Origin: Phycisphaerales bacterium
GTDB taxonomy: Bacteria > Planctomycetota > Phycisphaerae > WQYP01
Length of the DNA stretch: 22,980 nt
Assembly (NCBI GenBank): GCA_027451365.1
Contig: DAIDJN010000052.1
Span: forward strand, 1 to 22,980
Reading direction: 5' to 3'
Below the pieces are notes generated by a model, which was not told where the DNA came from, searched no databases, and saw only the letters and a program-made list of their open reading frames with translations. Made by a program: the position numbers and the translations under genes. Positions 1-8,925 of this stretch are shown piece after piece; the first letter of the stretch is position 1, and every line of letters starts with the position of its first letter.

Positions 1-140
1 GGCACCGAGCAGTTCTGGAGCCGAGGCGGTGGTGAGGCCATTTTGGCTCTCCGTGCGCTGCGGCTGAGCCAAGATGGCCGCTGGGATAACTTCCTGCTCC
101 ATCGGAAACTTAGACCTGCGGCATAATGTGTCACGCACCC
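1..140 (+). mobile_element. Right end of an ISKra4/ISLre2-like insertion sequence (transposase C-terminus 1-126, open at the window edge, plus putative terminal inverted repeat)
   Basis: Frame +1 reads GTEQFWSRGGGEAILALRALRLSQDGRWDNF...PAA* (TAA 124-126), matching the ..GxxxxWxxxGxEAILxLR.. tail of these transposases. It is followed immediately by TGTGTCACGCACCC (127-140; reverse complement GGGTGCGTGACACA), a plausible IS end. Confidence 0.75.
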
Positions 141-575
141 GAAAATCGAATTGGCGAAAGGTAAGTCTCTATGGGGAGGCGTTTGCCGAATGTGCAGGCG
201 GCCACATTTTATTCAGACTCATGCGGGCCACAGATTTTCATCAGTCGCTAAACCGAGCCGTCTGGAGGCTACTTAACTCGGCGGGCCAATTTCCGCCATC
301 GCGATGCGGTTGGCCAGCGCCCGGCACTGGCCGTGTGCATCCGATAAAATGCGATTAGCAAATCGGCCTTCGGCGAGCAGTGATTCCGATAATAAAATAT
401 TGGATTTTTCCACGTCCGCATCTGGTTATATGTCATAAGATGTCGCCACCTGCGACGAAAATCATTAAAGATGGGGGACTGAGGATAGATGCGTTCTATT
501 AACAGGCGCATCCGCGCCGGCATGGACCTGCCAGTGTGTGTTCGGATGAACGAATTCCAGCCTAAGGGGAATGGC

Positions 576-1841
576 ATGAATCCTTTTCAATCACGCAATG
601 GGTGGCAAAATACCGAGACCTGTCTGAAGAATGGCCGCAAGCGGGCTTTCACGCTGGTGGAAATTCTGACGGTTGCCACCGTTATCGCGATTCTGATATC
701 CCTTCTGCTGCCTTCCCTTCGCAAGGCGAGGATTCTGGCTAATGAAACCACTTCGGCAGCGAATCTGCATACATGGGGGCAGGTGGCTCTTCTGTTTGCG
801 CGCAATCACATGGGAGATTTTCCGGCTACTTACGGCTTTGGCGAATCTTCAAACACCAGCTACGCCCAGAGCATTTTGAATCAATTGCAGCAGCAGAATC
901 AGGGTATCAGCAGCAAATATGGTATCGGATTCTTTCAATGCGGGGAAACTGCGACGCTTTGGCCCTTGGCGCTGAACAACAGCAGTGTGACCGAAAATAG
1001 CGCGGATTACGGGGCTGACTGGCTGCGCTTCGGGACGCCCTATAGCACGTTTCTGCAATATGGTGGCGACGGCGATATTCCAACCACGGATATTTGGGGC
1101 GATCAGATGGCCAGCGCGGGAAATGGCATGACCGTCCCTTATGTGGATGACTGGGATCCGACGGAACTCGGCGTGTATCAGGGGTTGCCCAACTGGCGGA
1201 CCGGTTCCATACGTCTGGCACCGTGGATGATCTGTCCGGGCGTGGATTACCAGCAGGATCTGTATGCCGGCGATAAAATCTTTCAATGGGGAGATTTTAT
1301 TACAACGACATATATGTATGTTGCCGACGCAACCAGCCGTCAATCCGGCAACTTCCAGCAGTACGGCGGCGGTGGCTTGGGCAACGGTATTGTCCTGGGC
1401 AGCGGGTTTAATGACAACGTCACGCCGGTCTGGGGAAATCACGAAAACCGACCGGCCTCCAGTACCGCGGGCTCACCATCGAACCTGCTGGCGGCCGATG
1501 CGGTGGTATGGGGTGGTGGCGGAATGCAGGGCAATCTGTACATGATCAATTTTCCGCACTATACCAATCCGGAATCGCCCGCATTTCAGAATCTTCTTTA
1601 TGCCGATGGGCATGTTGATGGCGTCAGCAATCCGACCTATTACGATCCAAAGATGAATCGCAATGTAAACGCATTGACTACCGCAAACTGGGCGATTGCC
1701 CATGTCCCGCCAATCGCCAAAGGCCAAACTCCGCCGTTTACGGAGCCACCCAGTAATTCCGCGCTTAACTGGGTGAATACGTGGAATGCTATTTGGACTG
1801 GCTGGTACTTTTATTACCCCAATGCTCCGGGCGGTCAGTGA
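576..1841 (+). CDS. Prepilin-type N-terminal cleavage/methylation domain protein (DUF1559/SBP_bac_10-like, with H-X9-DG-like C-terminal motif)
   Basis: RKRA|FTLVEILTVATVIAILISLLLPSLRKAR is a type IV pilin-like N-terminus with Glu5. PWMICP, LLAAD and NLLYADGHV motifs are present. ATG 576 follows AAGGGGA; the ORF track starts at 489. Confidence 0.88.
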   Translation: MNPFQSRNGWQNTETCLKNGRKRAFTLVEILTVATVIAILISLLLPSLRKARILANETTSAANLHTWGQVALLFARNHMGDFPATYGFGESSNTSYAQSILNQLQQQNQGISSKYGIGFFQCGETATLWPLALNNSSVTENSADYGADWLRFGTPYSTFLQYGGDGDIPTTDIWGDQMASAGNGMTVPYVDDWDPTELGVYQGLPNWRTGSIRLAPWMICPGVDYQQDLYAGDKIFQWGDFITTTYMYVADATSRQSGNFQQYGGGGLGNGIVLGSGFNDNVTPVWGNHENRPASSTAGSPSNLLAADAVVWGGGGMQGNLYMINFPHYTNPESPAFQNLLYADGHVDGVSNPTYYDPKMNRNVNALTTANWAIAHVPPIAKGQTPPFTEPPSNSALNWVNTWNAIWTGWYFYYPNAPGGQ

Positions 1842-1952
1842 CTCAGCCTCGGAACCTGTGTCGCCTGAATAAACCCGGTAAAAACTGAGATTTAATCGCA
1901 CGGAAGAACAATGCGCCGGAGGCGGGGTCGCTGGTGCTAAGCCAGATTCAAT

Positions 1953-1988
1953 TCAGCCACGGGTTTCCAACCGCGGCTGACTTCTTTT
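1953..1988 (+). terminator. Hairpin plus T-rich tail between convergent genes (putative intrinsic terminator, possibly REP-derived)
   Basis: TCAGCCACGG (1953-1962) pairs with CCGCGGCTGA (1971-1980) with one mismatch, followed by CTTCTTTT. Confidence 0.5.
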
Positions 1989-2052
1989 CCACCAGAAAGC
2001 CGCCAGTGCTGTGGCAGTCTTAATGCCGAACACAGTCAGCATCGGATTTAAA

Positions 2053-3330
2053 TTAATGGCTGTCCGTCGCACCCAATGCCCATCGATACAGGATCGGTCC
2101 ACCATGGGAAGTTTGGCGGCTTTCCGGAATCAGGCGAAAAAATTCGACGCTGGCAGGAATAATGATAGCCTCTCCGTTCCTTATCGCCTGTTTGCCATCC
2201 GGCGGGCGGTCGCTGTATTTTTGGGGGACTGTGGCCCAATATTCCAAATTCACGGGATCATCCGTTCCGAACAAAATGTGCATGGAACCATTGGTCGTGT
2301 GGAATTGCACCGCGTCGTCCAGCGCAAGTTGTTCGCGTGCGATAAAGTCAGGCATCATTTGGGATTCTTTGTTCCACAGGCCGCCCATAGCATTCTCGGT
2401 CGCCATTCGCATCAAAATTTCGCTTGGACAAAGGCCGGTAAAATGGCGCATTGCGGCTTCGCGCTGGCCCAGCAGGGATGGACCTTCCTGAGAAAACAGA
2501 TGATCAGTTGTCATGGGCATGACGCCGCTTGCGGTGACGACGTTTACACGCCCGTAAGGCGTTGGCTGGCATGACCAATGGCCGATTTTCCAAGCCTTTG
2601 GATGGATATCCGGCTGCCAGGCAAAGGGGCGTCTGGCGAGCAGTTTAAGTGCGGTCCACAAATCTCCGGTGGCTACCATAACCGGCCCGTTCGTGTGGTT
2701 AACATTTAAGAAATAATTCCAACGAGGGCGCGTTTTGTCGGCAAGTCGTCGGGCGACCGGCGTATCGATCAATCGCCGGCGCTGCATCCGATGAGGAAAT
2801 GCAATTGCTGGTGATGAGGTTGAAAATGCGTAATCCGAAGGATGGCTGTCATTTTCTTCGGTTTCCAGAGCGTTGTCTGCATAAGCCAGAACGTCTGGCT
2901 GGCAGCAGCAGGAGGCTCCCGGTCCGGCCACGACCACCAATCCTGAATGCTCCGCCAGTGATTTCGCAAACGCCTCCATGCGATCGGCATCCAGAAATTG
3001 CTTCATGTCAAGCGGACAAGGCGTGGCTGGAGAATGCGGTTCAAGCCAAGGGGCTGTCAGGGTGTCGATCAGAGTCTGAATTTTGAAGGTCTGGCGGCAA
3101 TCCAGCACCACGGCGTCGGACAGGCCGGTTCGCAAATCCGCCAGAAGTGCGGCAGTATTGATGCGATTGCTGCATTCCACAGCGACGACGGCCTGCTGCT
3201 GGTGAGCCAACGGACCGGCAGCGGCGATTCGCAATTCGCGGGCAATCGTTGGCCAATCCACCCAATTCTGAGGTAACGGCTTATCTGAGTCGCGGCTGTC
3301 TGTTTTTAACGGTTCATCGGAATTCTTCAT
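2053..3330 (-). CDS. Divergent homolog of long-form class I mannose-6-phosphate isomerase-like proteins, apparently lacking the catalytic cupin motifs
   Basis: Segments WPTIAREL, VVAVEC, GLVVVAGPGAS, DVLAYAD, WNYFLNVN, LARRPF, PSLLG and the C-terminal GEAIIIPASV resemble that family in the expected order. No QVHP motif is present. The start is ATG 3330 or 3360. Confidence 0.6.
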   Translation of the reverse strand: MKNSDEPLKTDSRDSDKPLPQNWVDWPTIARELRIAAAGPLAHQQQAVVAVECSNRINTAALLADLRTGLSDAVVLDCRQTFKIQTLIDTLTAPWLEPHSPATPCPLDMKQFLDADRMEAFAKSLAEHSGLVVVAGPGASCCCQPDVLAYADNALETEENDSHPSDYAFSTSSPAIAFPHRMQRRRLIDTPVARRLADKTRPRWNYFLNVNHTNGPVMVATGDLWTALKLLARRPFAWQPDIHPKAWKIGHWSCQPTPYGRVNVVTASGVMPMTTDHLFSQEGPSLLGQREAAMRHFTGLCPSEILMRMATENAMGGLWNKESQMMPDFIAREQLALDDAVQFHTTNGSMHILFGTDDPVNLEYWATVPQKYSDRPPDGKQAIRNGEAIIIPASVEFFRLIPESRQTSHGGPILYRWALGATDSH

Positions 3331-3368
3331 AGCCGGTGGTTCCCATGAAGCGAAGCACATGCAGGTTT

Positions 3369-4490
3369 TTAACGACCGGCACCCGCCGGCACGGTAGTAT
3401 TTCCGCCAAGCACAAAAGGCAGGGATGGCGTCGGGCAGCCGCGCTGATATATGCTTCGCGTGGCGCCGGAAATATCCACACTGCTTTTAATATCGCAGGC
3501 ATGGGCGTCTGGCCCAAGGCCAAAATCAGTTTCGACCAGATTCTGAATTTCCCGCATTTCCTCAGGTGACAGATATTTGCCATCACAGGCGGCGGCAAAT
3601 TCAGCAAGTTCTGCGCTGGTGTTGATATTGGGCTGTACGCTGACCAGTGTGGGCCAGGTTAACAGCCAGCGGATGGCCAACTGGCCCATGGTTCCGGAAT
3701 GTTGTTTTTGAATATGCCGCAGCTTTTCGACTTTTTTCAGGCCGTAAATAAGCCAATTTCGATCACGGTATTTGCGATGATCGGTAAAGGTACTGTTTTC
3801 GTTGTACATATCCTGCAGAATGCCGGAACTGTGCGGCACGCGGCTGATAATGCCCGCAGTACCGGTATGCGCGGCAATTTCACAAAACTCCCGACCCGGA
3901 TGCTGTTCAAGCATGTTAAAAACCGTTTGGACCGTGGGCGCTTTCCACTGTTGCAGCGCCACGACTCCTTCATCCCGCCAGCCGATGGCCGGCCCAAGCG
4001 CCACGCCCCAAGTGCGGATTTTTCCACAACGTTGAAGTGTTTCCAGCGTGCGGAGCAAATCGTCATTCATCTGCCACAGTTTCAGGTTATGAGCCTGCCA
4101 CAGGTCTATGTAATCGGTCTGCAGCCGTTTAAGTGACTCTTCCAGCGCCTTCTGGAGAAACTCCGGCGAAAAATCCTGTCGACGTTCCTTGTGGGATCCT
4201 TCTGTGCCGGGATCAGAATAAAAATCGTAGCCGAACTTTGTGGAAAGCACGATTTTGTCACGACCGGCGTAACGCAATGTATCCACCATCAGCTTTTCGG
4301 CGCGGCCATTGTCGTAGGCGTCGGCGGTGTCAAAGAAATTCACTCCCAGGTCAAAGGCCTCATTCTGCAGACGAATGCCTTCCGGTTCATCGGCGGCGGT
4401 TTTGCCCCACATGAAGCTGCCGAAAATAAAATTGCCAAAAGAAAGTTCCGAAACCTTGATGTCCGTTCCAGGGATGATCCGATAACGCAT
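3369..4490 (-). CDS. Aldo/keto reductase
   Basis: VSELSFG, FFDTADAY, LSTKFG and SLKRLQTDYIDLWQAH supply the AKR Asp-Tyr-Lys-His tetrad. Confidence 0.93.
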   Translation of the reverse strand: MRYRIIPGTDIKVSELSFGNFIFGSFMWGKTAADEPEGIRLQNEAFDLGVNFFDTADAYDNGRAEKLMVDTLRYAGRDKIVLSTKFGYDFYSDPGTEGSHKERRQDFSPEFLQKALEESLKRLQTDYIDLWQAHNLKLWQMNDDLLRTLETLQRCGKIRTWGVALGPAIGWRDEGVVALQQWKAPTVQTVFNMLEQHPGREFCEIAAHTGTAGIISRVPHSSGILQDMYNENSTFTDHRKYRDRNWLIYGLKKVEKLRHIQKQHSGTMGQLAIRWLLTWPTLVSVQPNINTSAELAEFAAACDGKYLSPEEMREIQNLVETDFGLGPDAHACDIKSSVDISGATRSIYQRGCPTPSLPFVLGGNTTVPAGAGR

Positions 4491-4730
4491 GGGTTAAAAC
4501 TCCGTCAATGCGAACAATTTTCTCCGGCATCAGTTTAGCAGATAACGTTCCGCGGGTTAACCACGCTGGGTAAAAAATCGCTCTTCAGTTCGAACGCCGG
4601 TAAGAGTCTGTTCTGGCCGTTGAGGACTGATTCTGCTATTCTGGACTAATATTGGCAATGAGCGCGCGGCGGTTTTGCCGTTGCGGCAGAGGCCGGGCGT
4701 TTTCCCGGAATTGTGGATTTCAGAGTTGCT

Positions 4731-6248
4731 ATGGCAGGTTTACCCAAACGCGGAAAGAACACGACGCGCAGTCGCACACCCGCCACCGCATCCGGCGTGG
4801 AATCGGTGGCATTTGTATCGCTGGGCTGTCCGAAAAATCTGGTTGATTCAGAACGTATGCTCGGTCTGCTGGCTGCGGATGGAATTGGTGTTACGCCCGA
4901 TCACGCATCGGCGGATGTGATTGTGATCAATACCTGTGGCTTTCTGGATGCCAGTCGTCAGGAGGGGTTGTCGGTCATTCGCGAGGCGCTGGAAACCAAA
5001 CAGGCGGCGGCGCGGCAGGGGCGTCCGGTACGGGTGGTCGTGGCCGGATGCCTGGTACAGCGCGATAAATCCCGCCTGCTGGATGAAGCTCCAGGAATTG
5101 ACGCGCTGGTCGGTGTGTTCGACCGCGAAAATATAGTTCGGGCGGTCAGAGGGCCTGAGGCAGATATTCGCGATGCTGACAAAAATTTGGGGCCTTTTCA
5201 CTCGGTTACTCAAATGATTTCCCGCCACGATCGTACCAAGGCGGGGTATCAGGAATACGATGACGCGAGGTTGCGGCTGACACCCCGGCATTTTGCTTAT
5301 TTGCGCGTGTCGGAAGGGTGCAATCAGGGCTGTACGTTCTGCACCATACCAAGCATTCGCGGCCGCATGAGAAGCAAACCACTGGACCGGATACTGCGGG
5401 AGGCAACAGAATTAATAGCCGATGGCGCATTTGAATTAAATTTAATCGGCCAGGATACGACCAGCTACGGTACGGACATAAACTATGACGGTCCGGGGCA
5501 GGGACTTTCCGGAATGCTCAGTGCGTTGGATTCGTTGCCCAATGTCGGGTGGCTGCGGCTAATGTATGCGTATCCAAGTTGTTTTACGGATGATATGATC
5601 CGCGCGATTGCCGATGCTCCGCATCTTGTCAAATACATTGACATGCCGCTGCAGCACATTCATGACGATATTCTTTACGCCATGCGGCGCAAGGTAACGC
5701 GAAAACAGATTGAAACACTGCTGGAGAAATTGCGACGCTGGATTCCCGGCATGAACATCCGCACCACGTTTATCAGTGGTTTTCCTGGCGAAACCGAAAC
5801 GCAGCATCGTGAACTGCTGAAGTTTGTTCAGGATTTTGAATTTGACTGCCTCGGTGTATTTGAATATTCGCCCGAACCGCAAACGCCGGCGGGAAAGCTT
5901 TGGCAGAATGAGGCGGTGGCGGCGAATGTGGTGGCACGGCGCAAGGAAGAAATCATGCTCGCACAGCAGGCCATTGTGCTGAAAAAAAATCAGGCTATGG
6001 TGGGGCGCGTGCTGGAGGTGCTGGTCGATTCCGTGGATAAGGCGAAGCGGACCGCTATCGGCCGGCATGCCGGGCAGGCACCGGATATTGACGGACAGGT
6101 ATTTGTGCGCGGATATGCGGCGAGTCCGGGCGAACTGCTGAAAGTCGAAATTCAGGAATTCAAGCACTATGATCTGATGGGCCGGGCGCTGACGGGCAGC
6201 CGGTCTTCCCCGGGCACGGGGCGGGTTGCCTTACCTGTGGTGGGTTAA
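4731..6248 (+). CDS. rimO: Ribosomal protein S12 methylthiotransferase RimO
   Basis: SLGCPKNLVDSE, INTCGF and AGCLVQR (MTTase N-domain); radical SAM CNQGCTFC; C-terminal APDIDG TRAM domain. ATG 4731 is preferred over GTG 4713. Confidence 0.96.
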   Translation: MAGLPKRGKNTTRSRTPATASGVESVAFVSLGCPKNLVDSERMLGLLAADGIGVTPDHASADVIVINTCGFLDASRQEGLSVIREALETKQAAARQGRPVRVVVAGCLVQRDKSRLLDEAPGIDALVGVFDRENIVRAVRGPEADIRDADKNLGPFHSVTQMISRHDRTKAGYQEYDDARLRLTPRHFAYLRVSEGCNQGCTFCTIPSIRGRMRSKPLDRILREATELIADGAFELNLIGQDTTSYGTDINYDGPGQGLSGMLSALDSLPNVGWLRLMYAYPSCFTDDMIRAIADAPHLVKYIDMPLQHIHDDILYAMRRKVTRKQIETLLEKLRRWIPGMNIRTTFISGFPGETETQHRELLKFVQDFEFDCLGVFEYSPEPQTPAGKLWQNEAVAANVVARRKEEIMLAQQAIVLKKNQAMVGRVLEVLVDSVDKAKRTAIGRHAGQAPDIDGQVFVRGYAASPGELLKVEIQEFKHYDLMGRALTGSRSSPGTGRVALPVVG

Positions 6249-6317
6249 CTGGCGCGACAGTGGGCGGGATGGGCCGTGGCGCTGGGCGGCGCTACCAGAC
6301 ATGAACAGGTGTGCGTA

Positions 6318-6956
6318 ATGTATCGGCATGTGCCTAACTTGATTACCGTGAGCCGGCTGGTGATTACCGCCTTGTTTTTTATTGCCATTAACGTTCGCGT
6401 GGATGCCAACCATTTTACCGATCTGATGGTGGTTTGCTTCGGACTTTTTCTGCTGGCCACGGGTAGCGACGTGCTGGATGGCTATCTGGCGCGATCATGG
6501 AAAGTGGAAAGCGCTTTTGGCAGGGTGGTGGATCCTTTTGCCGATAAAATTCTTATTTGCGGGGCGTTTGTGTTTTTCTGTTCGCCGGTGGTCCCGGCGG
6601 CGGTTCTTAATGCCTGCTCGCATCCGGCGATCTATTCGCCCACTGGAATCGCCCCCTGGATGGCGGTGGTACTGATTGCCCGCGAATTTCTGGTGACCGG
6701 CATTCGCGGTTTGGCGGAATCACGCGGGATAGACTTTCGCGCCAAATGGATGGGAAAACTGAAAATGTTTTTTCAATCCATCGCCGTTGGTGGCGTGGTG
6801 GTCTGTTTTATGGCCGCCTCTCCGTTGCGCGGCAGTATGGTGCTGTATGGGCTGCTTGTGGCGCGGGATGCGGCAATCTGGCTGACCGTGCTGGTCACGG
6901 TGGTATCGGCGTGGCAATATATTGTCAGTGGCTGGCGCGTTATGAGACCCGCCTGA
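6318..6956 (+). CDS. pgsA: CDP-diacylglycerol--glycerol-3-phosphate 3-phosphatidyltransferase (CDP-alcohol phosphatidyltransferase)
   Basis: PNLITVSRL; signature DVLDGYLAR...FGRVVDPFADK; AREFLVTGIR; GKLKM. rimO-pgsA adjacency is common. ATG 6318 is preferred over 6276. Confidence 0.9.
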   Translation: MYRHVPNLITVSRLVITALFFIAINVRVDANHFTDLMVVCFGLFLLATGSDVLDGYLARSWKVESAFGRVVDPFADKILICGAFVFFCSPVVPAAVLNACSHPAIYSPTGIAPWMAVVLIAREFLVTGIRGLAESRGIDFRAKWMGKLKMFFQSIAVGGVVVCFMAASPLRGSMVLYGLLVARDAAIWLTVLVTVVSAWQYIVSGWRVMRPA

Positions 6957-7200
6957 TCGGCCGGAACATTTTTGCCGATGCCAGATTCATCCGCTTGCCG
7001 ATTATCCACAGATTGAACGTTTGGCGGGCACAGCGCGACGCTCGGATGCCCAAGGTCTGGCAGCGCGCTGGTTGCACTTTTTATGATTGGCGGGTAACAC
7101 ATAAGGCGCAAGTTGCACGGGTTGGCGGCAATCGGACCGCGACAAAGACCCTTAAACTGTAAACATGAATGAAAGTAGATAAATCAAGCAGGAGATTTCA

Positions 7201-7512
7201 ATGGCGCCATTCGACAATTTTATTCCCGCGGTCGCCCAGGCTCTTCAGCAGCGCGTTGCCAAGCCCGAATGCCCGCTTTGCAAACAAACACAATGGGTGA
7301 TTAACGATGTCCCGGTTTCCGCACCGGTGTTTGAGAAATCGGGTGAAATTAAATTTCCCGGTTCGGCCATGCCGCTGGCAGCGCTTATTTGCCGCAATTG
7401 CGGATACACAGCCCTGATTTCTCTTGGGGCGCTGGGAATGCTTAAGCCCAATGCGGCGGCTCCCGCTGCGCCGGCGACGACTGCTGTGCCCGCGACAACC
7501 AGCGCCGAATAA
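7201..7512 (+). CDS. Small zinc-ribbon-like hypothetical protein
   Basis: AGGAG ribosome-binding site at 7190-7194; CPLC...CRNCGYT cysteine pairs; Ala/Pro/Thr-rich tail. Confidence 0.75.
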   Translation: MAPFDNFIPAVAQALQQRVAKPECPLCKQTQWVINDVPVSAPVFEKSGEIKFPGSAMPLAALICRNCGYTALISLGALGMLKPNAAAPAAPATTAVPATTSAE

Positions 7513-7560
7513 GTGCTCTGGTCGGCACTCTGCCGCATAGGCGAGTCGCGCGTTGAATGA

Positions 7561-8088
7561 TCATTGCGGTGTTGCGGCAAACGGGCCTTTTCGCTCTTTG
7601 CGATATGCTTGCAGCCGTTCAATAACCAGGGGCGGCAGAAACCCGCCAAGGTTAGCCAGGTCCCCGCCGAGCGCGGCAATCTGACGGATGAGGCTGCTGC
7701 TGGTAAAGCCGAATTTTTCATTGGTCATAATAAAAACAGTTTCCACCTGGGCCACCGCACGATTGGTCAACGCCAGTTGAAATTCGTAATCCAGGTCGGT
7801 CATGTTGCGCAGGCCGCGGACAATGGCGACAGCACCGCGCTCCTGTACCAGGCCGACGGTCAGGCCATCATAGGCCTCCACTGTGACATTGGACGTATGG
7901 CGTAGAAGTTCGCGAATCATCTCCAGTCGTTCAGTTAACGGGAATAATTCCGATTTTTCAGGATTTTTGCCAATCGCGACAATCATGTGGTCAAACAGTT
8001 TCCGGCCCCGCATGATGACATCCAGATGGCCGAGTGTTGGAGGGTCGAAAGTGCCGGGGAATACGGCTATTTTACGCTCTTGGGACAT
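7561..8088 (-). CDS. coaD: Pantetheine-phosphate adenylyltransferase
   Basis: AVFPGTFDPPTLGHLD, IVRGLR..DLDYE and SSSLIR motifs. ATG 8088 has GGAG upstream; the ORF track starts at 8145. Confidence 0.96.
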   Translation of the reverse strand: MSQERKIAVFPGTFDPPTLGHLDVIMRGRKLFDHMIVAIGKNPEKSELFPLTERLEMIRELLRHTSNVTVEAYDGLTVGLVQERGAVAIVRGLRNMTDLDYEFQLALTNRAVAQVETVFIMTNEKFGFTSSSLIRQIAALGGDLANLGGFLPPLVIERLQAYRKERKGPFAATPQ

Positions 8089-8184
8089 GGCAATAATCTC
8101 CAGAAAGGGCAGCGGACGCGGACCGTCGCGGGCAATAGTCGGCATTCAGCCAGCCGATGAACTACCAATTTACCCGCAGAGGGA

Positions 8185-8212
8185 TTGACTTGTCCAAAAT
8201 TCCAAGTATTTT
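8185..8212 (+). promoter_or_regulatory. Putative sigma70-type promoter for the acidic-tail ORF
   Basis: TTGACT (8185-8190), 16-bp spacer, TATTTT (8207-8212), in the divergent intergenic region. Confidence 0.4.
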
Positions 8213-8347
8213 ACCGGCGTTCGGTTGATTGTCGGCCGGTGGCCGGGCCGCCATAACGCGATGGGGCCACGGTACACAAAACGCTGGTGCTGAACCGATA
8301 AATGAGTCAGGCCGCGTATAAAACTGCGGCGCAATGGAGAAAATGAT

Positions 8348-8761
8348 ATGACGTGTAACCTCCTTTCCTCTGGCAAATCTGAATTTCTTGAACGGATAGC
8401 GACGGCAGCCGGAGACGTTTCCCTGAAAATGTTTTTTTCGCGGAGTCTGCCAGTCGTGGTTCCGGTCATCGGCTTTGTAACGGTTGCCGAGGCCGGGAAG
8501 GCAACCATGCGGCTCCTGGCTGAACTTCAGGCAGATATGGGCGATACGCCGGGACTTGAATCGATGGCCAAACGCCGTCGCGACCCGGAAGAGGATGAGT
8601 TGGAGGATGAAGATGAGGATGATCTGGAGGACGATGATGAGGACGACGACGATGACGAAGACGACGACTTTGACACCGAAGACGACCTGGATGACGACTT
8701 CGAAGACGATGACATGGATGATGAAGACGACATCTTCTATGAAGAGGATGAAGATGAATGA
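8348..8761 (+). CDS. Hypothetical protein with an extremely Asp/Glu-rich C-terminal tail
   Basis: GGAGA lies 7 nt before ATG 8348 (alternative starts 8507, 8564). KRRR is followed by 59 residues, 48 of them D/E, using mixed GAT/GAC/GAA/GAG codons. Confidence 0.7.
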   Translation: MTCNLLSSGKSEFLERIATAAGDVSLKMFFSRSLPVVVPVIGFVTVAEAGKATMRLLAELQADMGDTPGLESMAKRRRDPEEDELEDEDEDDLEDDDEDDDDDEDDDFDTEDDLDDDFEDDDMDDEDDIFYEEDEDE

Positions 8762-8925
8762 TTGCCATTGCTTGGCGACTCGCGGCCTTATTTGAAAGTT
8801 CAAGCAAGACGCGCTTCGGATAAACACCGGCAGTCCCGGCCTGTTTCACGTCCGCACAAATCGGCTGCCGTTCGTCACCGTTGTTGGTTTTTTTCATCTG
8901 CGTTCGGCGTTACACTGGCGTTGGT

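Noticed and set aside
1600..1841. Diversity-generating retroelement variable region in the pilin-like gene
   Set aside because: No template repeat or reverse transcriptase is visible in the window.
8162..8827. Hydrophobic 221-aa minus-strand ORF and poly-Ser ORF (8527-8733)
   Set aside because: These are antisense shadows of the GAN codon tract. The Val/Ile- and Ser-rich content follows automatically from the acidic ORF.
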